Source: Marsupella aquatica
Lineage: Eukaryota; Plantae; Marchantiophyta
Direction: 5' to 3'
NCBI GenBank assembly: GCA_973895155.1
Contig: OZ316894.1
Coordinates: 21,919,867-21,983,866, forward strand
Length of the DNA stretch: 64,000 nt
Within the stretch, counting starts at the first letter, position 1. Each line of letters opens with the position of its first letter. Below the pieces are notes generated by a model that worked only from the letters and a program-made list of their open reading frames with translations, ran no database searches and had not been told where the DNA came from. Both the position numbers and the translations under genes were made by a program. Shown here in pieces: positions 10,900 to 28,796 of the stretch.

Positions 10900-12990
10900 G
10901 TGTTTGCCTCTTCCACGGTCTCAGATGTTGGGAGCACCTTGCTATATAGCCATGGCTAAAACTTCATCATAAGTTTGCCCCATTGCTATCCAAGAGAGTT
11001 TACTATGTCTCATATCTGGGACGTACTCTACTATCACAACATTGTTTTGCACTATCTGATCAGTGCAAAACAATGATCAGAGAAGTCTAACTAGTTTGTA
11101 GTTGAAGTTCTTGGAGTGTGTAACATGCCATTGTGGGTGTTAGAGCAACAATGGATGTACACATTGATTGGGTTGTTCTCAAGGTGGATGTCTATCAATA
11201 ATGCTTTCAACATAATTTCTCAGGCAACCATTATAGTTTGTGCATTCATAGTGACAGATCCAAACTTCCAGTCCCTATCCCCATTTGTCAAGTGTTTTTA
11301 CAGGTCATAGATTCAAGGACCCGATATATATAGTCATCACACCTCTAAATGACAGTACACCACTATTCTGTTGCAGAGGGTACATGTCAAAGAGATCCTT
11401 TGGGCAAGTCTCTTTCCTTACTGCACATTTTCCCACTTAATTCTAAATGACATTGACCACCCTCTGTGTATCTTCCCCGGCCTTTCATATCACCCACATC
11501 CTTTGTCCACCTGATCAAGTTGCTTTTCACCTGCGAGCTGGAATCGTAAGCAGAGAGCACTGCCAATTGTGCTAAATGGGTGGCTTACTTCCATTGAGAG
11601 CATGGCATCCTTGGCCCTTTTGGGAGTGTGGGTAACAACATTCTCAGTTTATTTGAAAAATTCAAATTTGTTTAATGAAATTCTCATTTTACAAATATTA
11701 AACAAACAGTGGCAGTATTGTAAATTGCACACAACTTTAGTGGCAATGTAGTTAAAAGCTGTATCAGCAAATTGATAAAACATGTTTTACTTTCATCTCT
11801 TGTGGATGTTGAGGGTTCCCTTGCATTTCAGGTTCAGCTAAAAGAGGTGCGGTAATCATATTTGGATCCAGTTTGAGCTACATTATCTTCATTTCAGGAA
11901 TTTTTGTCCCTTGACTGTGTTCATTTAGGCTGATCTAGGTGATGAATAAACCCTGCCTAGCATCCTCTTAGAGACACCTGTAGCGGACTGAGCCCAAACC
12001 CATCTTCATGATTGTCTTTGTGTGTTTGACATCAAAGTTAACATCTCACCAAACGCTGGGATGAATAAACAACTTGGGTCTGAACACCTCCTGTGGGTTT
12101 TTTGGAGCTACCTAAGGTCTACCCACACTGGACTCTTGCCAGATGCTTTGATTAAGAAAGTTTGCCAATTTTCTGGGTGGGAGAGCGGCAGGCTCCCAGG
12201 CTCCCACCCTACTTTCAATGTAGAGAGTCGTTTCAAGTAGCCCAAAGTTATTATGAAATACTACTTTCTGCTTTTACAGGTGCTGTCTTTTGGATAAGAC
12301 ATGGACAGACTTGTTAGTCCCCTACCTTTGTGCTCGAGTGCAACTTTTTGTTTTCCAGATACTGGTGTCACGGGAATCTCCACACACACAAGAGACCATG
12401 AATGCTACTGTTCCACACTTCTGTTTCAGATGCATTATTAGGTGACAATCATATACTTCCACCCAGGGATGGTGGTCTTGATAGGAGAAGAGCTGATCTT
12501 GTCTTTTCTATGAGAGAAGTTCATACTTTGGGGATGTGGTCGTTGCAGATCCTACTAGCAGGAGTAATGTTGCTATTGCTGCCCTTGGTTTGTGCCATGC
12601 ACCAGCCAAGGCCTCCTTAACTCAAGGAGGAGACATATGCTGCTCACCATCTTGGGGATTTGTTGTACCCACTTGCTTTGGAGGGGTTTTGGGCCGTACA
12701 CTCTGTCTAGAGAGTTTCCTCCAAGCGTGAGCGATCTGTTGTGTAGTGCCATGATCGTATCCCCTAATTGCACTACAAAGGGCTTGAGAGGTTCACTATT
12801 TGCTGGAGGGTAGAGGTTGTTGGTTATGGGAAATCTAGCAAAAGTTTGCTTGGTGATCCCCCAATGCTATTTACTCAGCTTTACTAGACGTTTCAGGTTA
12901 GGGCTATACTTTAGGGGACTTAGCTCCTTTGCTTTAGGGGACTTTCAGGCCTTTCGCCTTGTGATCCTCCTGGGGTTTGCCCATCGTGCT
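10900..12990 (+). mobile_element. Highly degraded non-LTR retrotransposon relic, probably CRE/restriction-like-endonuclease type
   Basis: Frame-broken motifs in the expected order: NNAFNIIS (~11197), QRDPLG (~11388, cf. QGDPL), RRRADLV (~12482), DVVVADPT (~12533). Boundaries are approximate. Confidence 0.5.
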
Positions 12991-14933
12991 CGTTCCTTTA
13001 ATGGGTCTGTGGGACCATGTCTTTTGGTTCTGCGCTTTATGCTCTTTGACACAGTGGTTTGTATTGTGCAAAACTTACAAAACCGACAAACCATGTTCTA
13101 GTTGCGAATAGGGGTTCCTTCGACACTGCTATATAATGTGCAAAACTCGCAACAAAGAATAGACAGCCATTCCCACTAGAGCTCGATACACGCCCTTGCT
13201 GTGAACAGTCCTACAGATACAGCAGATTACTCGAGATATACACCACCTTCAAGATACCATAGAATTCAAAGGGGGCTGGGCAGATAGTCGGTTCTCGAGC
13301 CGGTTCATGAGTAGGGGGGCAATTTGGATAAACCCTTTGCACCCCATGTAGATCCAAACTCTGTGGATAATCCCAAATCTCTTTGTAGATTTCAATGTCA
13401 TTTATCCAGATTCTCCCCAAAGTCAAGAAAGTAGATTTCATGGGGAAGTTTTGCTTGCGATTTGCAGGATTTGTTTAAGGCAATTAAAGATAGTCATGAG
13501 TGTCTTTACAATCTCCATCACATTTATGAGTTCTCATTCGTGCATAATTTTTAAATCCATGCCTAGCGAAGACAACATAAGAAATAGTAATATGAGCTTA
13601 AAACTCCGGCAAGAGTAATGATCCAATCAAGAACTGGTGTGATGAGGTGTTCCTGCTGACAACAGTGAGCTGCAATTCACAGTGAACCTCTCCTTATCTC
13701 GCATACATATTTGAACATTTGCAAACCAGTGATCCTAGTTCTTCCAGCTGAACAAGTCAACAAATGGAGAGAGGAATCTGTCCTCACTTAACTGAGATGC
13801 CCACTGGCAGTACGCCCAGACTGTAAGAAGTGCCTCGGGTATATCCGCTGCTTTGCGGTGATGAGAATGTGCTCCTAGGGGTCGTGTAGGTTCCCCCGTC
13901 GGAGTTATATAAATGAACAGGCCCTGCGGACCACACATTCACATTGTAGGCATCCAGCCTGAACTTCAAGCCCTAAAGACCTCTCAGAGCACTGATGAAA
14001 AGAATAAGACTGATGACAGTCAAACCCACAATGCCTGTCTCCAAGAAAAACATTCAGTGAGGCCATCGGTTACAGCTAGGACTGTGTGATCAACATTTGC
14101 TGAACGGCTTTGCCCTGATGCTTTTCTATACGTAGGGTGAGCCCTACAGAAGGGAATCAGTCCAAAAATGGCCTCCACATGGCAAAAGACGACATCCTAT
14201 CCCCTAGGCCTATCTTACAGGACGCTTATCACCACCCACTTGATAAACATTGTTGTGGGTTACTGATTGCTGGGTAGTAGTAAGTACTCTTGTTATCAGG
14301 TGGCACAAATGGACTCCGAGAAACACAAAAGGTGGGTTGGCAGACTTGTTAAGCCAGACAACCGGAAACACCGTGGGTCAGATTCAGCCCAGTTTGACTC
14401 GGAAACTTACTACTGCAAGGCAACTCCCACACTCAGGCAGTTGCTCAGTTGTTCAAAAAGTGCGTATATCTGTGCAGATTATAAGGCTTCAAGGAATAGG
14501 GTATTGGATAGACTTCTTTGCACCTGGCATCCAATTCCAAGTAAACTTTCTGCCAACCCAAAGCAAGGCTTCCTACACTTTCACTCTATCAGGTTGCTTT
14601 CACAACACAAATTTGGCTAGAATACATCGTACTGGGCCTGAGGAACTCTCTATCTACTGAGAGAACCACCTGACAAAAAAAATTAAATTGAGCTTCAGAT
14701 TCCAATTACTTCTCCTACAGATTACGGGGCTCATTATTTTAATCCTTGACTTGAGCAGACCAAAAGCTGAAGTGCACCAACAATGGCGGAACCGAATGCT
14801 ACTGAAGGTGGATAGTAATGAACCTGCTTCTCCATAGAACCTCAAGTTCTGTTGCACTTGTAATAATACATCATGTTATCTCAACTCACTCCGACCAAAC
14901 CATCCGTGAATGTGCTCGAAGCAAAAGAGACCT

Positions 14934-20063
<5,130 letters not shown>

Positions 20064-20986
20064 TCACACCTAAGATCAATGCCTCTTCCAGGAGGCCGAC
20101 CGAAAAAGTTGGTAGACGCACGATCAGCTACGACCTCTCACCACTCCGGTGAACTGACTGTCAGAAGGAAGTAGGAAAGCCTCAACACCCAATACAAAAA
20201 CCCCGGGTGCCTCATTTTGGCCTTCCCATCCCTTGGAACTCTCGCCCCTCGATCGATACTCAGCTCCTTCTTCGCCAGAAGCCACTTTGAAAGGCAGCTC
20301 AATTCTCGCGGTCATTCGGCCCGTCTCAATCTGTCAGTTCCATACCGGGGACGGCACGCCAGTTTACTTTGCTTGATCATTAACAGTCCTTCGTTCTATG
20401 TCTCCGTCTCCCTCCTTTTCCAGTTCTCCACCTTCTCCGCTCGTTCTCTCCTCCTCCTCCTCTTCTCTTCTCTCTGTCCAGTGCCTAAGGATCTTCTCCT
20501 GATAAATCCACGAACCCGAATTGATACTCGACACCACAGTGCGTTCAGCAGCAATCGGCTCCACTTCACTCTATGTACGCGACCAGAGGAGACTCCGCAG
20601 CAAGAAGTGCATCCTATTTATCACATCCGGGTCTCGTTTACGCCAAAACTGACGAATTAGCCATCACGCAGAGCGACACGATTCATTGCCGGCACATTAC
20701 CATTCCCTGTCATGCAGCACACACATAGATGACTCACGAGCTCCATCCATCGCACTCGGCTGACGTCTAGACACGTAATTACCCTCCCCCTTCGCTCCCC
20801 GGACGATACGATCCACCAAAACCTGTCTCTCCGCTCTCCTCTCTGTCTGTATTCTGTCCCTTCCCAAACTCTCACTACAGCTCTCTTTCTTCTCTTCTTC
20901 CTATCGCGCCTTTCTCTCCCCTCCTCCGTCCCACCGCACCTCTCGTCACTCACTCCATCACCAAAATCAAACCTATTCTGCAAACA

Positions 20987-21066
20987 CTCTCCTCTCCTCT
21001 CCTCTCCTCACCTCCTCTCTTCTCCTCCTCTCTTCGCTTCTCCTCTCCTCGCCTCTCCTCTCCTCT
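20987..21066 (+). repeat. (CCTCT)n microsatellite
   Basis: Imperfect CTCTC/CCTCT pentamer run upstream of SnRK1. Confidence 0.85.
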
Positions 21067-21619
21067 TGCTCCGCCTCCTCCGTCCGCGACCTACAGTACA
21101 CTGCTACACTACTCCTTCTACTACTATTTTACTACTACTACTATAGTGAGTTCACCATTGCCGCTCGTTACTCCGGGCCCGAGACGGAACGAAGGCATGA
21201 GCAGCGAGCTGTACCAATCATCACTCTTTCCACGCACGCACGCTGCTGCTGCTGTCTGCTGCTTGCTCCGCCCGACGACGAGCCGAGCTCCTGTTGCTGC
21301 GCTGCTGCTGGCTGCTTCAGACCTTCCGTTCACTCCATCGCGCTCGGAAAACCCGCGCGAAATGCCGAAAATCCCAATTACCGACACCAACCACGACGAT
21401 GACGACGACGACGACGATGATCGCCTCTTCTTTCGTCGCCACCCCCCCCTTTCCCCTTCCCTTTTCATGCGCCTTCCACACTCCACTCTCTCTCCCCCCC
21501 TCTATTCTCAGCTCAGCTCTTTCGTCTTTTCTTCTCTCCCCTTTTCTCTCCTCTTCCTCTCCTCTTCCTCTCCTCTCCTCTCCTCTTTTCCTCTCCTCTC
21601 CTCGGCTTCGTCGCTCGCG

Positions 21620-21842
21620 GCGCGCCTGCCCGAATGGGCTGCCCGGCCCAGCCATTCGTTCCCTTCCCTTCGCTGCCTGCCTGCCCGAATGGGCTGCCCG
21701 GCCCAGCCATGCGGTCCCTTCCCTTCGCTGCCTGCCCGAAGGTCCTGCCCGGCCAAGCCATGCGTTCCCTTCCCTTCCCTTCCCTTCCCTTCCCTTCCCT
21801 TCCCTTCCCTGCCTGCCCGCGCCCCAGCGCCCGGCTGCCCCG
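21620..21842 (+). repeat. GC-rich ~50-bp tandem repeat plus (CCCTT)n
   Basis: GCCTGCCCGAATGGGCTGCCCGGCCCAGCCAT-like unit x3, followed by a TTCCC run at about 21766-21810. Confidence 0.85.
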
Positions 21843-21889
21843 GTTCAGGACTTCAGGTGGACGAAAAGTTTGTCATTGAGGAGTGGACT

Positions 21890-23430
21890 GAATCTGCGCC
21901 GCACATTGAGATTGATTGGGTTATTATTTGCCGTCCGATTCGTTGGAGGGGGGGAGCGTGATGATTCGGTTCGTGGGACACTCGTTTAGTAGTAGAATAG
22001 AAGACTACTAATGTTTGCGGTCGCTGGAGTTGGGTTTTTTAGTTTTTTTTATGTTTTTTAGTCGCTCGAGTTGGTTATGGCCGTCCGATTCGTTAGTGAT
22101 TAGTAGTAGAGTAATCTGGGCAGCACATTGTAAAGGGCTTGGGTTATTTATGGCCGTCCAATTCTTTGCAGGGGGAAGTAGTGGTTCAGATTGTGGTACA
22201 CTCATATAGTAGTAGACAAATATTAGCCCCACAGTTATTTATGGTCGTCCTATTCTTTGCAGAGGGGAGAGAAGACTAATCTTTGCAGTACTTGAGTTCT
22301 TTGTTTTCTTTTTTCTTTTCTTAGGTCGATGAAGTTATTTATGGCCGTCCGATTCTTTAGTGATTCAGTTCATGGGACACTCATTTAGTATTAGACTAAT
22401 CGTTGCTGCACATTGCGACTGCTTGAGTTATTTTTGTCCATCCGTTCTTTGCAGAGGGAGTGTAGTGATTCCGTTCGCGGGACACTCATGTAGTAGAAGG
22501 CTGATCTTTGCCGCACATAGTGACTACTTGAGTTATTTATGGTCGTCCTATTCCTTAGTGATTCAGTTTGTGGGACACTCATTTAGTGGTAGACAAATCT
22601 TTGCCCCGCATTGAGACTACTTGAGTTATTTATGGCTGTCCAATTCTTTGCAAAGGGGAGTATAGTGACTCAGTTCGTGAGACACTCATTAAGTAGAAGA
22701 CTAATCTTTGCCACAAATTGAGACTACTTGAGTATTTATAGCCATGCAATTCTTTGTGGGGGGAGTGTAGTGATTCTGTTAGTGGGAAGCTCATTTAGGT
22801 AGTAGGGTAAGCTTTGCCTCACATTGAGACTACTTGGGTTAATTATGCCCGATTCTTTGGAGGGGGGGGTGTAGCCATTAACGGGGGCAACTTGACTAAT
22901 AATTTTGGGGCAAGCTACCCAAAGTTCTTGGGGAACACATTTACCTTACCCTGGTCAGTGGAATTTAATTGACTAGTCTTTGCAGCCCATTCCACTATTT
23001 CAAGATGTTTATGGCCATCCTATCCATTGCAGGGGGACTGTAGTGATGAAATTAGTATAAAGGGCACCTTAATGATTTTGGGGTGATGTAGACAAAGTTA
23101 CAAACTGGCAAACTCATTATCTTACCCTATTCAGCAGAATATAGTCAAGTAATCTGTGCCGCACATTCCGACTATTTGAGAATTTATGGCAGTCCAATTC
23201 TTTTGAAGGGTGGGGTGGGCAGTATAGTGATTTTAATTATAAATAAGTTTGTTCAATTTTGGGGGTGACATAGTAAAAACTGGTCAAAGTATTTCTAGGT
23301 TGCCCCTCAAACCAAGTTAATTAGCAAGCTGCCCACATGGATTAATTTTTGCTGCACATTCCAACTATCTATTTGAGTTAATTATGGTTGTCCAGTTCTT
23401 TGCAAGGGGCAGTGTAGTAGCTAAATTAGT
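21890..23430. repeat. Degenerate minisatellite-like array (about 13 units of 75-200 bp)
   Basis: Recurring blocks TTATTTATGGCCGTCCAATTCTTTGCAGGGGG, GTTCGTGGGACACTCATTTAGT and ATCTTTGCCGCACATTGAGACTACTTGAG. Confidence 0.88.
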
Positions 23431-26400
23431 CTAGGGGGAAACTTAATCATTTGTTCAATTTTGAGGGTGATAGAGAGTAAAAAACAGCTTAGAGGGTTTT
23501 GTTTTGTTTTTTGCTAGTGTAGTGAATGTGACCATGTGAGAAAGAAGATGCAGGAAATATTGCTCATCAAATTTTCCAAGATCAATTTCTCTAGATTGAA
23601 GGATGACCATTAGATTCTGGCTAATGGGGTCGGACGCTAGCCAGCTAGTATTGTCAAATTTTTTATGAGCCTAATACAGTCAAATTTGATTGAGAATTGA
23701 CACCCTCAAACTTCCAAGATGACTGAGTTGTTTTCAACTCGCTGGTGTTACATGTACTATATATGTATGAGAAAAAAACCTCATATTTTGCTGGAGTCTA
23801 TTTGGGTTGCAAAAGTCTACCCAGACTTCACACTTTGGTGATAAAGAGTGATCTTCAATTGTTGTCAGGTCTTATAATTTGTGTGCTGAGAGTTTTGGTG
23901 ACTTTGGGGATGGCGGCTTGAGGAAAAGGTGATCAACTTCTTAAGCTTGAACTTGAAATGTCACTTCCCGCAATGAAGACTGCTACCCCTAGGCTACACC
24001 ACCTGGGAGGATTAATGTCAAGCAAACTCTATACATATGTGGATTCATGTTCCATAGGTAGCACTCAGAAAAGGTGAAGACATGCAGTGCACGACGGACA
24101 ACATTGAATGGTGGGACCCAAAAGGCAGTAATAGATGAGCTGGCTAGGAACCATTGTCCTTATAATGCCTCCTCCCATGCCTTGCCCTAAACGCTTGTAA
24201 CTTTTATTTTTTCACTTTTCTCGTGTTTGAAAGGCTTTTCATTTTGTCTAGTGCACCACAAGGAAGTGGGAGGGACAAGGCTTCTCCTTTATGCCCTCCA
24301 TGGTTTGGTATTTCCAACCTTCAACTTGCTTATTTTTTGGCAAATTTTGGGACTTAATTGTTACTTATAAATATAGCCAGCCAAAAACAAGTTTTGAATG
24401 GACCTCATAGTTTGCTAATGTCCTTAGATGGACTTTTGCAACTAGGATAAAGTGCATCTAAATATGGAAAATTTGTCAAATAGTATGTTTTATACTAAAC
24501 AATTGAAAGGGCATTGTCCTAACGGAAACATAACATATGCCTGTAAATGCTAGTCTTCCAAGTTGGATATCTCTGCAATGACTAAACTTCTCAATACCCA
24601 CTTTAGATTGTTAGAAAGGGCATCCAATGGGCTTTTCAACAAACCAATCTTTGCTTGACTTTTATCACAGTTGGAAAAGTTGTGAGTGCCAAAAGCAAAT
24701 TGGTTTCAAGATGTACTCAACTCCATTGAGCAGCCAATCTAATACCCCACATAACAGCCTTTCCCTGTTCTCACAACTATAAAATGGGCAAGGTCCATCT
24801 AAACTTTAACTTCATTGCCAGCAATCACAAGAAGAACTTGAGAGATTTTCTCCACTCTTAACAATACTTAGTACCTCCGTGACAGACAGGGCTATTTTAA
24901 TTGCCAGATATAACAATCCTCCTTAAATGAACAGTTCATTAGCATCTGTCAATCGAACAAGGAGCCTCACCAGCTAGCAGAGGGATCCCTACCTCCTTCA
25001 GGAATTAATGAATTAAAAGGCTGCTCCCTAACATACCCTTTGCTTGCCCAAAAGGTTTGGCTAGTGGCAAGAGGACTAGCACATACAGTACTAGTATAGA
25101 ATAAGTCTACTACAAAAGCACAAGCTGGGGACGAGGCTAGGTTGCTTGCTTGCCCTAAAGGTTTGGCCATTGGCAAGGGGACTAGTACAGTACTATGTAA
25201 ATACCATTCATTAAAAGTGTATTTTATTTTGTTCACTTTTAGGCCTCTAAATGTTCACTTTTTAGTCTCTAAATGTACACTTTTTAAACCCAAAAGGTAC
25301 ACTATAGTACAATACTCTACACCTAAATGGTCAATTATAAACTTGAGAACACAAAATTGATCTTTACTAGAAAGAGTCTCATCCTAGTCTCATGTTTACA
25401 AATGATGAACATGGTGGTATATCTGATGGCCATCACCTTTATTTCTTGTCCAATTGTACACTTTTTGAAAGCCAAATGTACACTTTCTATTACCCAAATG
25501 TTTTTGAATAAGAATTCACTTTTAATGAATAGATTCAGGCAAGAAGGGACAATGATAGGTTGCTCGCTTGCCGAATAGGTTTATGTTTCATGGATAATAG
25601 TTAAGTGGTACACCCCGTGCCCCCCGAGAGGCCATGGATTATTGGGCATCAACCTTGAGTGTATTTTGCCCTATTTTCACAAGAAAATTTTCATCCAATC
25701 TCATAGTTACCCTTGAGCTAGGCCAAGGGGTAAGTCTCATATAACCCACGAGCCAGGTTGGCCAGGGGGTAGCAGTGATAAATGGGGGTTTCCACATCTG
25801 TGCGGCCTGGTCTCGTAGTTCTTTCCCTTAGCTGGCCCATAAGATTCAAATAGCTAGTAAGGAGGTTCACTGTACACTACTAGTGCTTAGTACTTCTACT
25901 AAGTAGGGATGAGAGTAGCTCACTTGGCCGCCGAAGAAGTTGGTCTTTCAGGGATGAGGAGTATCACAGCTTCAGCATGGACCAGAAGTTGGAGGGAAGC
26001 AAAAAGCTTAATCATAAGGGCAAGGAAGAGTTCTACTTACATATTGCAGAGTTCCATTAGGGAATTGTATCCTGACCCTTATGGCCAGTCAATGGTCCTT
26101 GGACATTAAGTTTGGAAGTAACATCATCCTTGCTAATTAGAACCAGGTCCGTGAAAAGGTTGGTCACACCGATTGAACAGAGTCATACACGCCCCCTCCC
26201 TCCTCAACCAGCTTGCTACTTCCAAGCTACCTACCATTGCATTGTGCTTGGGGAGTTTCAGCCCTCATCCAACTTTGCTTCATTTCACTACTTCATACAG
26301 GTCAATTAACAATTATTTTCCAAATCCAATACCTAAACTCTTGGCCAAGATGGAGATAGTTTCCTTAAAATCATAACTCATCCCTGGAAACATATATAAC

Positions 26401-26701
26401 TCCTGGTGGTCAGGAAAATGCCTGACAGTGACTCCTTAATTGCTAGAATTGAACATAAAGCCGAGTCAAATTAAAAATGTAGTCACCATGGGAGAAGGTG
26501 AAACGCAATGCTTCAATAAAATAGATAAGCAAGACAGTGCTTATAGGCCTCATGCGGCAAAACATTTGAGACAAAAGATTCTTGAACCATCGTCTAGTCC
26601 TATGTCTTTATTTAACATGGATGGGGTCATATAGGTCATACTCCCAAATTCTCATTCCACGAGGGGTCAATTACTAAAAAATATAGGAACCACGTGCAAT
26701 T

Positions 26702-27971
26702 GTTGGGGGTCTCACTATATGGAGGACCCCCATCACAGGCTGCAATGTTTTCATGTCTAGACCCCCATACTTATTAAGTTAAATTTTTTTCCCTCCCCCT
26801 TTCTTTCTTCTAATAGTCTAAAATCCAATTTGTTTCGCCCCTAAAATCTGTTAAGTAAAGTGCCACATATCAATAAAAAATGCCTTGAAAGAAAAGTTAA
26901 GTTTATGCAAGTACCTTGTGAAGTTGTATGTCAGACTTATTAAGTTGAGCAGCTCCCCAATTCAATGTTGAACATCAGCAGCTCAATGTGGGACGCAACA
27001 GCTCCCTCACGACTGCCACATCTCCTCTCGGTTGATGGTTGACAGCGCGCCGCTCAACTCCCGAGCTCCATGTGGGACGCAGCAACTCCCCAGCGCAATG
27101 TGGGACGCAACAGCTCCCCAACTCAATGTCAAACAGAAATAGCAACTCAACAGCTCCCCAACTCAATGGCAAACACAGCAACTCACGTCCTTATGCAGCA
27201 GCTCCCTCACGACTGCCGCTCAATGTTGAATATGCCACTCACTACAGCTCCTCTCTTCTCCTCTCGGTTGCTGACCGTCGATGGTCGACAGCGCGAAGCA
27301 GCAGCTCCCTTCTCACTTCGAATGCAGCAGCTCCGCTCCCCTGGCTTGATGGTGAACAGTGTGCGGCAGCAGCTCCCTCTCACTTTGGAACACAGCCACT
27401 TCACTCCTCTCACTCGATGGTAGACAGCACGCAACATCAGCTCTGGCCCTCTTTGCTTACCCGTTTCACAAAGGAAAGCATCAGGGCAAACTACTATGGG
27501 TGGGGCCAAGGGACAGTAGAGGGACGAGAGTTGACTGACGAGGGGCAATGGAGGGAAATGACACATGAAACGGACAAGGAAACGAGAGGATTTCAAACTT
27601 GTCAAACCCGGGTCAAGCTCTGAATAAAATGACTCCCCAAAAAACTAGACCCTAAACCAGACCCATGTCTCTAATATATACATGGCTTGACAAAACATGT
27701 TAGGAATTTTTAAGCGTGCCACGTGTACCAATCATATAGTGACACGTGTATTTGGCATAATCGGACACAAAGATAACCTAACTTCCCTGTATGTCTTCCA
27801 TTTACATAGTCAAAAATATTAATATCCCTATTGTTCTTAAAAGTTGTCTGATATATAAAGTGACCCTATTGTTCTTACACAAATCTTCTTAAGTCTTTCT
27901 TAAAACCCAATTAACGGACCCTATACGTTGTCGCACGTGATGTGCAATTTTTGCAAAGTGAGACCCCTGAG
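26702..27971. mobile_element. Non-autonomous TIR element, long copy (about 1.27 kb)
   Basis: Ends GGGGTCTCACT / AGTGAGACCCC, flanked by the direct repeat GTGCAATT (26694-26701, 27972-27979). Both terminal regions are shared with 30358-30647. Confidence 0.8.
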
Positions 27972-28796
27972 GTGCAATTCAAACTAAGTTTTTTGGATGG
28001 AAATTAGCAAAACTTTTAGAAAGAGTATGAGGTTAAAGAAGATATCATAAACTCAACTTTATGGTTTATTCTCTAACATGTACCTTTTATGAAGTAAAAT
28101 TATAGGTAATTAATAGTGAAAATATAGAAATTTCCTAGACTTTTCATAAGATAGGGCTAATTGATTTTAGGAGGAAATATAGAGGAAATATAGGGCTATT
28201 GATTTTTCCTAGACTTTTTTCCTCTATATAAAATAGGGCTATTGATTTTAGGCTAGGAATGTACGTACACCCCAAAGCCTCCATAATGTTTCTTGAGCCT
28301 AGTAGGAATGCAAAGTCTGTGCAAAAGGGAAATCATGCTTTATACTCTTTTTAATTTCTACACACAATCACTTTGGGTTATTTGTCTTTCTAGTGGGATG
28401 ACAAAGAATTAGCACAACTTCTACCTCTTTCTAATGTAAAGACATCCAGAAAATTGTTAAAGTCATATATTTAGCTATAACAGTTAGTGGAGTACATATC
28501 CCAATATAATTACTTTGGAATTAAAAAGCTAATGCCCAACAAAAATAGGCAGTATTGTACCTTTTGTTATGTGTCTAACAAAGCAAACTTTATTGCAGAA
28601 CTCATAGAGAGAAGTGGGAATAGTCTCCTTTTCACTCATGGGTTGTTTCCCCTCCAAAAAATAGTGTTCTCTTGATAAAAGGAGCATTACATCACAGTAA
28701 GTTTGTGACAAACAATAAGCCCTTTATTTAAAGAGCGTCTGGGTCCCACTCTTCCTTATTCAATTTATTCCTAATGCTTGAATGTAATCTACTATC

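Noticed and set aside
13985-14025. CTGATGA motifs suggesting a hammerhead ribozyme or C/D snoRNA
   Set aside because: No flanking helices with a properly placed GAAA core, and no terminal stem or D box arrangement that I could support.
14250-14660. Plus-strand ORFs (117-136 aa) antisense to the SnRK1 3' region
   Set aside because: No motifs and non-ATG starts; consistent with chance.
20217-21989. Many long ORFs on both strands (up to 271 aa)
   Set aside because: Products of CT/GA microsatellites and GC-rich repeats that lack stop codons.
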